This document shows positions 28,825 to 38,455 of a stretch of 63,519 bases of DNA, piece by piece. Within the stretch, counting starts at the first letter, position 1. Every line of letters starts with the position of its first letter. The stretch spans positions 1 to 63,519 of IMG/VR virus record IMGVR_UViG_3300022602_003808. One strand, given 5' to 3'. The notes below the pieces were generated by a model, which was not told where the DNA came from, searched no databases, and saw nothing but the letters and a program-made list of their open reading frames with translations. Source of the stretch: a virus (lineage: Duplodnaviria; Caudoviricetes). Position numbers and translations under genes: made by a program.

Positions 28825-29600
28825 TTTCTAAGATCGTTTTCTACAACAGAATAATCAGCTTTAATATTAAGTTTTTTCTCCCAAAATGCTACTTCTTTGT
28901 CGCGTTCAGGTCCTAATTTACCCCAAAATGCATCAGAACGAGCTTTATTGTCAATAGCATCTCTATCAAGCATTCTCTTTGTTGTACTGTCAGGTGCAAT
29001 AGAAACCTTTTGCTTAATTTGTCTTACCATCCATTGATCGTGTTCAATGTAAATATCTCCTCTATAAGTTAATCTACCTAAAGATTTATAGATTTGATAC
29101 ATCCATTGATCAGACCAATTAACTAAGAATTCATCTCTTACGAAATAACCTATAGCATCATAGTATGCACGGTGCATAAACGCGTTGATACATATAGCAC
29201 TCTTATGGAACCCATCATCACAATGAACACATTTAATTTTATCTTTAGGTAATTTATCACCGGAAAATTCATTAATAATTTCTGTATCCCAGCTATCAGT
29301 CCTAAAGACCATATCGTCTCCAATATAACCAAACACATCTTCAGTAGCTACAGCAGCTAATTGATTCCAAATCTTATTAATATTAACATCTACATTAGGT
29401 TGAGCAGGTATATCTACGATTTTAAGAAACGTAAACGCTTTTGCCATTTTTAATATGGTGTTGCGTTTAGGATCATCTGTATCTACGCCAAAATAAACAG
29501 TAATATTATTAACATCACTAGCAGTACAGAGTATAGAATTAAGTAAAGTGAGTTTCCTGTTAAGTCTTTCACGTGTTGGTACTAATAAAGCTATTTTCAT
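28821..29600 (-). CDS. GT-A (GT2-like) glycosyltransferase
   Basis: IALLVPTRER, VDTDD, IGDD and WSD. Confidence 0.75.
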   Translation of the reverse strand: MKIALLVPTRERLNRKLTLLNSILCTASDVNNITVYFGVDTDDPKRNTILKMAKAFTFLKIVDIPAQPNVDVNINKIWNQLAAVATEDVFGYIGDDMVFRTDSWDTEIINEFSGDKLPKDKIKCVHCDDGFHKSAICINAFMHRAYYDAIGYFVRDEFLVNWSDQWMYQIYKSLGRLTYRGDIYIEHDQWMVRQIKQKVSIAPDSTTKRMLDRDAIDNKARSDAFWGKLGPERDKEVAFWEKKLNIKADYSVVENDLRK

Positions 29601-30418
29601 TTCTTATTTTTAATTTGTTTAAGTATATTTAAAACTTCGTTTTGTGTATAGTTTCTAGGCTCGTTAGGGTAATGTCCGTGTTTGTTTTTATACAATTCCC
29701 TACCTCCATATACGTTCTTTTGCCATTGTTCGGTTTTGTTAGCAATAGAAGAATTATCAATTGCACCTGGTGCTTCTTCAAGAAGTTCTTCGCTATTAGC
29801 TAAATCAGCGAACCACCAAAAAGGAGGATGATAGCCTGCTAAAGCAATACGATACGTATGGTCTACGTGTTCCCAGGCGTTGTAAAACTGTTCGTCAATA
29901 TAACCTACCTTCTCGAGTACCTCTCTAGTAAAGAATGAAAACATTGCTACTGTATGGGTGTATAGTGCAATCTTAACATTACCAGGATATTCCACAATAA
30001 TACGAGGATTAACTGGACTCTTTTGATCTAGTAAGTGTCTGTTATGTAGATCGAATTCAATTTTTTGTTTACGATTGAATGGTGAACCTGGTCCGTAATT
30101 AAAATGTTGTATACCTGTTTCTTGATATGCTTCAATGTATTTCATAAATACACTTTTATCTTTAATAAGCATATCGTCTTCAATAACAAAAATGTAATCA
30201 CAACCAGCATCATATAAATGCTTCATTGCTTTATTCTTAGACTTACCTACCCCTAAATTAACTTCGTTTAATAACCAGGTACCTGGTATCTTTACATCTA
30301 CAGGTAACCCGTCGTTTACGACTACAAGCTCATTAATGACATCCATAGGTAAAGTAGCAACTAAATTGCGTAGATACTCTGGACGATTACAGGTAATAAT
30401 TCCAGCACCAATTTTCAT
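29597..30418 (-). CDS. GT2 glycosyltransferase
   Basis: IITCNRP, VVNDG, IEDD and GYIDE..AWEHVD. Start is MKIG at 30418. Confidence 0.88.
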   Translation of the reverse strand: MKIGAGIITCNRPEYLRNLVATLPMDVINELVVVNDGLPVDVKIPGTWLLNEVNLGVGKSKNKAMKHLYDAGCDYIFVIEDDMLIKDKSVFMKYIEAYQETGIQHFNYGPGSPFNRKQKIEFDLHNRHLLDQKSPVNPRIIVEYPGNVKIALYTHTVAMFSFFTREVLEKVGYIDEQFYNAWEHVDHTYRIALAGYHPPFWWFADLANSEELLEEAPGAIDNSSIANKTEQWQKNVYGGRELYKNKHGHYPNEPRNYTQNEVLNILKQIKNKK

Positions 30419-30419
30419 A

Positions 30420-31505
30420 CTATAATTTACAAGCCCTTTCGTATAAATCACTTATATAGGTTTTAACGGACAGTTTGTTTTTTACATCCATTAAATCAAT
30501 AAATTCATCAATAGATTTTTCTACACTTATATTGAATTCTTTGTTTGCAGCTTCTTCTATATTGACTTTACTTTGTTCAGTAACGTCGTGTTCTATAGTA
30601 AATTCTACTGGCTTAATTGCAACCAATTTACGTACAATAGTTTCAAGTACTGATGGTTCAAGTACTTGATCTACATAGAACTTTACAATATTACCTTTAA
30701 TAGCTGCTTTAAGTGTGTCAGGTGTATACACCCCAGTAGTTAATTCTGTATATCTAAGCTTCATATACCTTGGAGATATATTATTTTCTATAAATTTGTA
30801 GCTTAAATCATTAAGATCTAATATATAAAGACCTTTTGTGGTACCGAAATCACCCCAATCCTCTTGATAAGGAGAACCTACATAAAGAATAGTTCCGTTT
30901 TCGTATTTACGTTCTTCTCTATGATGAAAATGACCGGTAATGGTTAAAGGAGCTCTTTCTGTTAAATCAGATGCTTTAAGTCCATTAGTACATACTTTGT
31001 AGGTGTTCATTTTAAAGCTATTAATTTCAAAATGACCTATTATTAAATCACATTTAGGTACCTGATCTATATCCTGACCCCAAGGACAAAAAGCTATTGT
31101 TTTTCCTTGGAGCTTTTCGACAACAAGTATATCAACAACAGTAATATTACTCCAGCCACGAAGAATGGATACGGAATTAACAGAAGAATTATCACGGTAA
31201 TAAGCATCGTGATTACCCACGGTAATAATGATATTAAAATCACGCAGTACATCAAAAATGTCAGTAACCACGTGAAGAGTATTAACAGCAATGTCATTGC
31301 GATCGTGAAAAATGTCACCGGGAATTATTATATCTTTTATACCGCGTTGTTTAAACTGTTCAGCAGCCCATTTAGCGTGATCTAAGGCAATTTTGTGCCA
31401 AGTTTCACTGTTACGATGTACACCATAATGTGGGTCTGAGAATATACCGACTTCAGAGTTCTTAATCTGCATTTTTATTGTTTGGGTTAACTGGGTCATC
31501 AACAC
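30420..31505 (-). CDS. Recombination nuclease gp47 (Mre11/SbcD-like)
   Basis: SDPH, GDIFH, GNHD, GHFH and YVGSP. Likely start at 31472. Confidence 0.95.
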   Translation of the reverse strand: MLMTQLTQTIKMQIKNSEVGIFSDPHYGVHRNSETWHKIALDHAKWAAEQFKQRGIKDIIIPGDIFHDRNDIAVNTLHVVTDIFDVLRDFNIIITVGNHDAYYRDNSSVNSVSILRGWSNITVVDILVVEKLQGKTIAFCPWGQDIDQVPKCDLIIGHFEINSFKMNTYKVCTNGLKASDLTERAPLTITGHFHHREERKYENGTILYVGSPYQEDWGDFGTTKGLYILDLNDLSYKFIENNISPRYMKLRYTELTTGVYTPDTLKAAIKGNIVKFYVDQVLEPSVLETIVRKLVAIKPVEFTIEHDVTEQSKVNIEEAANKEFNISVEKSIDEFIDLMDVKNKLSVKTYISDLYERACKL

Positions 31506-32034
31506 CTACATTAGGTCCAATGACGCTGTATACTTCTTCTTGATAAGCTGCTAATGTATCTCTCATACGCTTTTCTTTCTTGATACGAGAACGCCAGCAG
31601 TTAAAAGCGATAGAATTAAAATACGAAAATGGATTAAAACCTTTGTCGAAGTTGTACTTCTTATCTTTTAATGCATTGAACATATTAATAAGAGAGTCAC
31701 CGATTGCCTCTTCTTTAAATGTATAGTTAATAAAGTTCGAAGCGTGCGCAAGCCCGTAAGCAATATTACGAATCATAATGGCGAGGTTATCGCTCATTAC
31801 ATTGGTTTCGTAGTACTTCTTAAGTTCAGCAGTAAATTCAGCAGGACTTACATAATAGACCTTTTTAGCCTTAGCAGATTCACTTAACGGCTTTTTAGGT
31901 CTACCAGCTTTAGCAATTTTAGTAATCTTTAACGTTGATTGCTCAAGAGGCGGACTCTGTAATTGTTTTTTCGGTGATTTTGATTTTTTCAAGGTCATAA
32001 AATTCTTTTCGTTTGTCGTAGTGCTTGATACCAT
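31462..32034 (-). CDS. Late-transcription sigma factor gp55
   Basis: YYVS..EF, IAYGLA..SNFINYTFKEE and NPFSYF..IAFN...RIKKEK. Confidence 0.92.
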   Translation of the reverse strand: MVSSTTTNEKNFMTLKKSKSPKKQLQSPPLEQSTLKITKIAKAGRPKKPLSESAKAKKVYYVSPAEFTAELKKYYETNVMSDNLAIMIRNIAYGLAHASNFINYTFKEEAIGDSLINMFNALKDKKYNFDKGFNPFSYFNSIAFNCWRSRIKKEKRMRDTLAAYQEEVYSVIGPNVGVDDPVNPNNKNAD

Positions 32035-33400
32035 AAATTAAATCATCAACAATATCGACTAATGTCAATATATCTTTGTTTTCGTGAACACGTAATCCAC
32101 GACCAATAGACTGTAGAGTTTTAATTTTTGATTTACCGCCTGCAGCAAACACTATATAATGTATGTTTTTTATAGAAATGCCAGTAGAAAAGATCTTACT
32201 AATGGCAATACACACAACATTATTATGCTGTTCCATAATTTCTTGTACTCTGCGGCGTTCTTCCACCTCTACACTACCTTGTATAAAATATACCTGTTTA
32301 TCCGTTAAGGTAGATAGCTCTTTATAGAGATTATCTCCGTGAGCTATATGATCAATAAGGATAAGACAATTGTTTTTAAAGTTATGAGCTAATTGTCTGA
32401 TTACTTTGTTTCTAAACTTACTGTTGTGTATGTAATCTAGTTCTAACAAATATCTTTGTGCAGAAGATACAGCTGTATAGTCTGGCTTAAAGTCATAGTT
32501 AAGTTTAATTGCTAAACATTGTGCGTTAGCAATATACTCGCCACCAGCCGCTTCTCTTAGCTCCGTAGTAGTCTTTTTAAATATAACTGGACCGATAAAA
32601 TTATTAATATTCCAGGTATCAATATTATTTTCTGGTAATGTACCGGTAAAACCAATACGTCTTAATGTGGGCACCTTGTCAAGTAGCTTGCATACCTTAT
32701 TACCTCTACGTAGTTTATGACATTCATCTACAACTAATAAACCTACTTTACTAAACCAGCTAATATCTGAATTCTTACTTTGTAATATGCCCATATTAGC
32801 TACAATAACACGAGCGTTAGGGTCTAATTCAGTATTACCGGTCCATTTACTCACTACTTCCATTGGAAAATTATAGGAAGTAAAATCTTTATAAGTTTGA
32901 GATACTAGACCTAAGTCTGGTACTACTATTAATATTTTTTCAGTAGGTTCTATCTGATGTAATGCAGCATAAACTAAGTTAGCAATAATTAATGTTTTAC
33001 CACCGCCTGTTGCCAGTTCTACTACACCATAGCCACTATCCAGTGCTTTACTAACAGCGGTTTCTTGATAATCTCTGAGTTTAAACTCGCTGTCTAATGT
33101 CTTAAACCGATCAGGATCAAGTATATGAGTCTTTTGTACTATACTACTATATTCTTCATTGACTTTAATTTCAAATGGAATGTTCTGATTGTTTAAAAAT
33201 TCTATAATACCAGGTACCAGTCCAATACCGCAGTACCCGGCCGGTGTTATAGCATATATACGCTGAGGCATAAACCTAGCATAACGATTAAAACGAGCAG
33301 CTGGACTCTTTACACTAAAGTGTTCTTTAATACTAGGAAGATAATCTGAAACGATTCTTACTTCCTTACGTTTGGAGTCATATTGAAACTCAACTACCAT
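31943..33400 (-). CDS. uvsW: SF2 helicase UvsW
   Basis: RDYQ, ATGGGKT, DECH, FTGT and QSIGRGLR. Confidence 0.95.
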   Translation of the reverse strand: MVVEFQYDSKRKEVRIVSDYLPSIKEHFSVKSPAARFNRYARFMPQRIYAITPAGYCGIGLVPGIIEFLNNQNIPFEIKVNEEYSSIVQKTHILDPDRFKTLDSEFKLRDYQETAVSKALDSGYGVVELATGGGKTLIIANLVYAALHQIEPTEKILIVVPDLGLVSQTYKDFTSYNFPMEVVSKWTGNTELDPNARVIVANMGILQSKNSDISWFSKVGLLVVDECHKLRRGNKVCKLLDKVPTLRRIGFTGTLPENNIDTWNINNFIGPVIFKKTTTELREAAGGEYIANAQCLAIKLNYDFKPDYTAVSSAQRYLLELDYIHNSKFRNKVIRQLAHNFKNNCLILIDHIAHGDNLYKELSTLTDKQVYFIQGSVEVEERRRVQEIMEQHNNVVCIAISKIFSTGISIKNIHYIVFAAGGKSKIKTLQSIGRGLRVHENKDILTLVDIVDDLIYGIKHYDKRKEFYDLEKIKITEKTITESAS

Positions 33401-33801
33401 TACGTTGTTTCAAGTTTTTGTAGATCAATAGCGTTTTTATAATCAAACGTTAATGACCCGGTTAGTTTTTCTACTTTTTCAAGATAATCTAATATCAGCT
33501 TAACCTGATCAATACAGGTATTAATTGATACTATTTCATCATCATTGTACATTATTTCATCTCGTGCCGCTTTTGATAAAGCAACGGGTGCATTTATAGT
33601 TTTTTCTTTAACCTTTTGCTTCTTAGCATATTCTAACTTAAGTAATGTGCTTTTGTATTGAGTTGTTCTAGCTACCCACTTCTGTTTAGTAGTAGGTGCA
33701 AGCATTGCTTTCTCTTTAAGAGAGAGCTCATCCATTTTGATATCATTAGTGAGTTCTGATTGAAAGTCACTAATAATTTTATCTACATTAAGTAAGTCCA
33801 T
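33400..33801 (-). CDS. uvsY: Recombination mediator UvsY
   Basis: Helical 133 aa next to uvsW, with DIKMDE..L and KNAIDLQKLE. Confidence 0.8.
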   Translation of the reverse strand: MDLLNVDKIISDFQSELTNDIKMDELSLKEKAMLAPTTKQKWVARTTQYKSTLLKLEYAKKQKVKEKTINAPVALSKAARDEIMYNDDEIVSINTCIDQVKLILDYLEKVEKLTGSLTFDYKNAIDLQKLETT

Positions 33802-33810
33802 AAATCTTAC

Positions 33811-33840
33811 TAAGTATATATTATAAATTTAATAAATCTA
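33811..33840. promoter_or_regulatory. Overlapping divergent promoters at the strand switch
   Basis: Minus strand TAGATT-16-TATACT (uvsY); plus strand TAAGTA at 33811-33816. Confidence 0.6.
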
Positions 33841-33841
33841 C

Positions 33842-34081
33842 GTGAAAAACTTTAATAATTTGTTTAACAAGCTTTTAAGTGAAATGACAACCGCGTCAGC
33901 TGGCGTGGGTTCGGTTACTGCTCCTAATACAGTACCTGGACAAAGCGGTCCTGGAGTTTATACCGGAGATGTAAGAGCAATGGGTTTGTTTAATACAAGT
34001 AAAGTTAAAAAGGGTAAGAAAAAGAAAAAGTTTAACGGAGAAGCTATGCCTTTAATCCGTAGAACCTTTCCAGGTATGTAA
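33842..34081 (+). CDS. Hypothetical late protein
   Basis: Leader MKNFNNLFNKLLSE. Confidence 0.7.
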   Translation: MKNFNNLFNKLLSEMTTASAGVGSVTAPNTVPGQSGPGVYTGDVRAMGLFNTSKVKKGKKKKKFNGEAMPLIRRTFPGM

Positions 34082-34314
34082 TGGCAAATATTAACGATAA
34101 ATTATCTGGTAACGTACAGGGTATGTTTTATGTAGATCAACAATGCATTGATTGTGATTTATGTAGAGAAATAGCCCCTAAAAATTTTACCCGAGATAAT
34201 GTTGCTGGTTACTCAATAGTATATAAACAGCCAGAAACGGATGAAGAAGCTGAACAGTGCCTGGAAGCATTAAAAGGATGTCCAGTGGAAGCTATCGGGG
34301 ATAATGGTAAATAG
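34081..34314 (+). CDS. Single-cluster [4Fe-4S]/[3Fe-4S] ferredoxin
   Basis: CIDCDLC...CPVEAI. Confidence 0.93.
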   Translation: MANINDKLSGNVQGMFYVDQQCIDCDLCREIAPKNFTRDNVAGYSIVYKQPETDEEAEQCLEALKGCPVEAIGDNGK

Positions 34315-34319
34315 GTAAT

Positions 34320-34811
34320 ATGGATTTAGGCCATTGGACTACAAATGAAAATATTGACAATGATAATTTACCTTACGGGTTTATATATCGTATTATTAAC
34401 ACCGTGTCTGGTAAAATATATTTTGGAAAAAAACAAATTAAAAGCGTTAAAAAACTTAAACCTCTCAAAGGAAGAAAAAACAAAAGACACTTCGACATAG
34501 AGACGGATTGGAAATCTTATACTTCATCTTCTAACGACGTTAATGAAGATATAGAGAGGTTAGGCAAAGACAAATTTAAGTTTGAAATAATACGTTTTTG
34601 TGATAGTAAGTTTGAATTAGCTTATTATGAAGCTAAAATACAGTTTGATCATAATGTTTTGCTTAAAGAAGGATACTACAACGGTATTATAAATTGCCGT
34701 ATCGGAAGAGCACCAAATGCGTTGTTAAATAAGCTTGCACAACAGGAGAATAGTACTACAATAACAAATAATGCAGCTCAAAGAACTCAAATACAATCTT
34801 TATCTTGCTGA
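34320..34811 (+). CDS. GIY-YIG (Seg-like) nuclease-family protein
   Basis: GFIYRIIN...KIYFGKK, WKSYTSSS and YYN. Confidence 0.75.
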   Translation: MDLGHWTTNENIDNDNLPYGFIYRIINTVSGKIYFGKKQIKSVKKLKPLKGRKNKRHFDIETDWKSYTSSSNDVNEDIERLGKDKFKFEIIRFCDSKFELAYYEAKIQFDHNVLLKEGYYNGIINCRIGRAPNALLNKLAQQENSTTITNNAAQRTQIQSLSC

Positions 34812-35253
34812 TTTCAATCAAATTGAATCAGAAGCACAAGCATTGTTTAAAGCTGAGTTATTAAAATATAATATTACAACTTACGATAGTTTACCGAAAA
34901 AAGATTACCTTAAGCTTGTACATTATTTCACGTTATCTACGCTACTAAAAGAGTATTCTAATTTAGAATACAAAAAGAATACTATATTTTGGATTAATAA
35001 AGATACCTGTAATACGGATATATTAAACTTTATAAAAGAAGTTAAAAAGTGTTTCCCAATACTACTTTATATTGCTAGTAAACAGTATAGTTCCGTATTA
35101 ACCGATAAAAATACTGCAGAATACACAGAAATAACTACCGAGCTCAAGGAGTTTCGATACTCAATCGATTATAGCAGGTACAGTTTTAACAAAATCAAAC
35201 GGTTTTGCACCAAAAACGGGCTAGAATCCCTCTTAAATTCATTCAAACTGTGA
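34771..35253 (+). CDS. Hypothetical protein
   Basis: 160 aa, with its own promoter TTGCAC-16-TACAAT (34735-34762). Confidence 0.7.
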   Translation: MQLKELKYNLYLADFNQIESEAQALFKAELLKYNITTYDSLPKKDYLKLVHYFTLSTLLKEYSNLEYKKNTIFWINKDTCNTDILNFIKEVKKCFPILLYIASKQYSSVLTDKNTAEYTEITTELKEFRYSIDYSRYSFNKIKRFCTKNGLESLLNSFKL

Positions 35254-35447
35254 GTCGGATTTTTCTCTATATATTATATAATATTAAGGCGAGCGTTAGC
35301 GAGCCTAATAAAAGGTCTGACAAGACCGGAGACGAAGGAGCTTTAGCTCCTGAGTCCCTATCTACTTTAATATACGGCTTATGCTGTATATGGTATACTC
35401 CTTAAACCGACGACACTTTATATTACTTTATTGCCAATAAAAATCAA
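35254..35447. other. Non-coding hairpin cluster with AT-rich tract and promoter; candidate replication origin or ncRNA
   Basis: Four hairpins at 35287-35391, an AT tract at 35268-35287 and a minus-strand TTGATT-16-TAATAT at 35420-35447. Confidence 0.5.
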
Positions 35448-35480
35448 GTGCAAATATGCAAAAAAGTCGTAAATAATAGT

Positions 35481-35768
35481 ATGACCAAGAGTAAATTCCT
35501 AAAAGTTTTGGAAACTGCATTAAAAGAAGATGGATTTGGTATGACTACTGATACTGATCCTTCTACAGAAACCCCTAGCACATTAGGTACCAATGTAAGC
35601 AATGCAGCTACTACAGCAAAGAAAGCAAACACAAATTTAAAGCAACAGGCTTTAGCTGTAATGTTACAAGACCCTGAATTTCAAGCTGCTCATAAAGCTG
35701 GCGACCAAACAAAGATTAATAGTTATATTCAAAGTGTTTTACAGTCAACCAATACTACTACCACATAA
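35481..35768 (+). CDS. Hypothetical late protein
   Basis: TAAATA at 35470, then MTKSKFLKVLETALKE. Confidence 0.7.
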   Translation: MTKSKFLKVLETALKEDGFGMTTDTDPSTETPSTLGTNVSNAATTAKKANTNLKQQALAVMLQDPEFQAAHKAGDQTKINSYIQSVLQSTNTTTT

Positions 35769-36130
35769 TGAAAAGATTTGACAAAATTGCAGAAGGTATA
35801 TTTCGTACTTTATTAGAAGCACCACCTACACCTGTTGGTCCAGAACCAGCTGGACCTGTCGGTCCGGGTCTCGCTCCTGCAGGTTTACCACAAGACGGTG
35901 GTCCTGTTGCTGCTCAAACACCTGCTGATACTGGTGCAGATCGTAATCCTAATGAAATTCAAACCTGGGAAACTACTTTAGTTACTATGTGTGCAGATGC
36001 TATTTGCCGAGTACAAGCAGATCCAAGCATTCTCGGGCCTGATGATATTAAGACTTTATCTTCTGGTGTTAACCTTAAGAATAAAGATACCATTATCGAT
36101 ATTATTAAGACCCTATCTGGTAAGATTTAA
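35768..36130 (+). CDS. Hypothetical late protein
   Basis: MKRFDKIAEGIFRTLLE leader and a P/G-rich linker. Confidence 0.7.
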   Translation: MKRFDKIAEGIFRTLLEAPPTPVGPEPAGPVGPGLAPAGLPQDGGPVAAQTPADTGADRNPNEIQTWETTLVTMCADAICRVQADPSILGPDDIKTLSSGVNLKNKDTIIDIIKTLSGKI

Positions 36131-36741
36131 TGTTTTAAGTATCTAGCTGCAAACTGCCGGTTTCTATTTACTAGTTCTTTGCCTTTTGCATAGTAGCGTT
36201 TGTACTGAGTGTTCACAACATTTGAATCGTTAGCTACTACCCCAGCCATAAATTTTGGAAAATGAGGTAACGCACTGTTAAACGCAAAGTCTGTTAACAT
36301 TTCTTTTCTTGTATTGTCTAAACTATCCCAGGTACCGGAGCCGTGTTTACTATCAACAAGTTTTTTAGCTCTATTAGCAGCTACATTAATATCATTTTTT
36401 AACATTTCTAATGCCTGTGCATCAGTAATACCTTGAGGGTAGTTTTCTCCTGGCACTAGCTTATGACCATACGCAATAGTTTTAGTACCACCCTCAGCGC
36501 TTGGTTGTGCAAACCATTTACCGTCTTTTAATCCTGCTTTAACACCATTTTCAACGTTTTTTATGTAACCAATAAAGTCTGGTGTAATATCAAATTGTCC
36601 TTGATTGTAGTAATCCGCAAATGAGCTAACGTTCTGTACCATAGCCGGACGAGTATCCGACGGCATAGAAAATTTAATTGGAGGTGGTGGGGGTAGATTC
36701 ACGGCTTCATTTTTATTTACTAATTTTCTATTAACAGCCAT
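36127..36741 (-). CDS. Phage lysozyme (GH24-like) with N-terminal extension
   Basis: IKNVENG, EGGTKTIAYGHKL and LTDFAFN. Start is MAVNRK at 36741, after TAAATA. Confidence 0.85.
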   Translation of the reverse strand: MAVNRKLVNKNEAVNLPPPPPIKFSMPSDTRPAMVQNVSSFADYYNQGQFDITPDFIGYIKNVENGVKAGLKDGKWFAQPSAEGGTKTIAYGHKLVPGENYPQGITDAQALEMLKNDINVAANRAKKLVDSKHGSGTWDSLDNTRKEMLTDFAFNSALPHFPKFMAGVVANDSNVVNTQYKRYYAKGKELVNRNRQFAARYLKH

Positions 36742-36772
36742 ATCATTATTTACTAATGCTGTAAATAAATGT

Positions 36773-37126
36773 GTGATACTTAAATACAAAAACAAAAAAT
36801 ACAGCAGTGAAGACTTGCCTATTTTTTTGTATTTTAAAACAGAAACTCATAAAAAGGATTTTATTAATAAGCTAATGAGTTATACTCCCAATGAGTTTGT
36901 AAGGTTTGACTGTGTGGATATTGCACTTGCTGGTAATACACTTATTACAGACAAAAGATCGGCATTATATATTAATCTTGAAACATTAGAAGAAAAAAAG
37001 CATATACAAAGATATATGTTCGATGCAGAAGAGAACAGTAATGCTGTTATATCCACCCCACCAGACATTAAGCCTAGTATATTAGAAGAGTGGATTGAAA
37101 GACATACAAAAGATCACATTTTGTAG
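36773..37126 (+). CDS. Hypothetical protein
   Basis: 117-aa ORF. Confidence 0.65.
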   Translation: MILKYKNKKYSSEDLPIFLYFKTETHKKDFINKLMSYTPNEFVRFDCVDIALAGNTLITDKRSALYINLETLEEKKHIQRYMFDAEENSNAVISTPPDIKPSILEEWIERHTKDHIL

Positions 37127-37159
37127 TTGAGTTTTTTAAATTACTTCATACTATAAGGT

Positions 37160-37624
37160 ATGAGTAAATTTATTTCTACTAAAGTTATACCGTTAGGTTC
37201 TTGTGCTTTTCGTCAACCCTATGCAACTAGCCATTGCAAGTTTATACACGGCTATCGTTTGCAGGCTAAGTTTTGGTTTAGTTGTGACAAATTAGATCAA
37301 AATAACTGGGTAGTAGATTTCGGTTCTTTAAAACCACTTAAAGCTCAATTAGAAGAAATATTTGATCACAAAACAGTTGTTTGGTCAAAAGACCCGCAAA
37401 TAGATATCTTTAAATTATTAGAAGCACAGGGTATGGTAGAGTTAGTTACACTAGATGATGGTGTTGGTATTGAGCGATTTGCCGAACTTTGTCATAAAAT
37501 GGCTAATCAACACGTAAAAGACCTGACTAACGGTCGTTGCTGGTGTTCTAAAGTAGAAGTCTGGGAACACGAAGGAAATAGCGCAATTTATAAAGATAAA
37601 CTACAAACAGAGTGGAAAAGCTAA
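37160..37624 (+). CDS. queD: 6-carboxytetrahydropterin synthase
   Basis: SHCKFIHGY, VVDFG, FDH and EVWE. Promoter TTGAGT-16-TACTAT at 37127-37154. Confidence 0.93.
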   Translation: MSKFISTKVIPLGSCAFRQPYATSHCKFIHGYRLQAKFWFSCDKLDQNNWVVDFGSLKPLKAQLEEIFDHKTVVWSKDPQIDIFKLLEAQGMVELVTLDDGVGIERFAELCHKMANQHVKDLTNGRCWCSKVEVWEHEGNSAIYKDKLQTEWKS

Positions 37625-37645
37625 TCTTATATATTATAATAACGT

Positions 37646-38452
37646 ATGTCTAATATTGACCCTAATACAACTTTATTCATTTCAGATGATTTCGTATTCT
37701 ATACTCTAGAAGGTGAAGGTCGTTACATTGGCTATCCTTCAGTGTTTATGAGAATGGCAATGTGCAACTTAACGTGCATAAATTTCAAGAGTGAAGACTC
37801 GCCTTTCGGTTGTGATAGTTACATAAGCTGGTCTAAGAAAAATAAAATGACATTCGAAGAAGTAGCACAACTCTTTGAAAAGAATGATTATCACGAGCGC
37901 TTAAAACAAGGTGCTTTGTTAAAGTTAACCGGCGGTGAACCTTTTATTCAGCAAAAGAACTTATTACTGTTTGTTAAGTTTATTAGAGATCGTTGGGGGT
38001 TTCAAAACTACAGCAGAACATTAACAGTGGAAGATGTTGGTAAGCCTACATTACATATAGACTTTGAAACTAACGGTACCATTATGCCAGATGAAGAGTG
38101 GTCTTGTCTTGGTGTACGGGTAACATATACTACTTCTCCTAAACTATCTAGTAATGGAGATCCTGTTGAAAAGCGTTATAAACCAGAAGTATTACGTTAT
38201 CTAGCTGTACACGATGCTTGCTTTAAGTTTGTAGCTAAACAAGAATCAGACTTAAATGAAGTACTAGAGAATTATCTCAATAATCCTGAAGTAGCTGTAC
38301 GTTCAGATCAAGTATGGATTATGCCTTGCTGTGGTAGCCGTAAAGAATTACTAGAAGTAGGGCCTGTAGTGGCTGAACTCTGTAAGAAATATAATTTTAA
38401 GTTCTCTAACAGAATGCACTTGCAGGTCTGGGATAAAGCACTTAAGGTTTAA
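37646..38452 (+). CDS. queE: 7-carboxy-7-deazaguanine synthase (radical SAM)
   Basis: TLEGEG, CNLTC-x11-CD, TGGEP, ETNG, SPK and RMHLQVW. Confidence 0.95.
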   Translation: MSNIDPNTTLFISDDFVFYTLEGEGRYIGYPSVFMRMAMCNLTCINFKSEDSPFGCDSYISWSKKNKMTFEEVAQLFEKNDYHERLKQGALLKLTGGEPFIQQKNLLLFVKFIRDRWGFQNYSRTLTVEDVGKPTLHIDFETNGTIMPDEEWSCLGVRVTYTTSPKLSSNGDPVEKRYKPEVLRYLAVHDACFKFVAKQESDLNEVLENYLNNPEVAVRSDQVWIMPCCGSRKELLEVGPVVAELCKKYNFKFSNRMHLQVWDKALKV

Positions 38453-38455
38453 TAT

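Noticed and set aside
34320-34811. Intron-encoded homing endonuclease
   Set aside because: Free-standing; flanking genes are intact and no intron or intein interrupts pol, helicase or nrdB.
35331-35356. Hammerhead ribozyme (GAA and CTGA motifs)
   Set aside because: The order and spacing do not give a CUGANGA...GAAA core; it is a simple hairpin with an internal loop.
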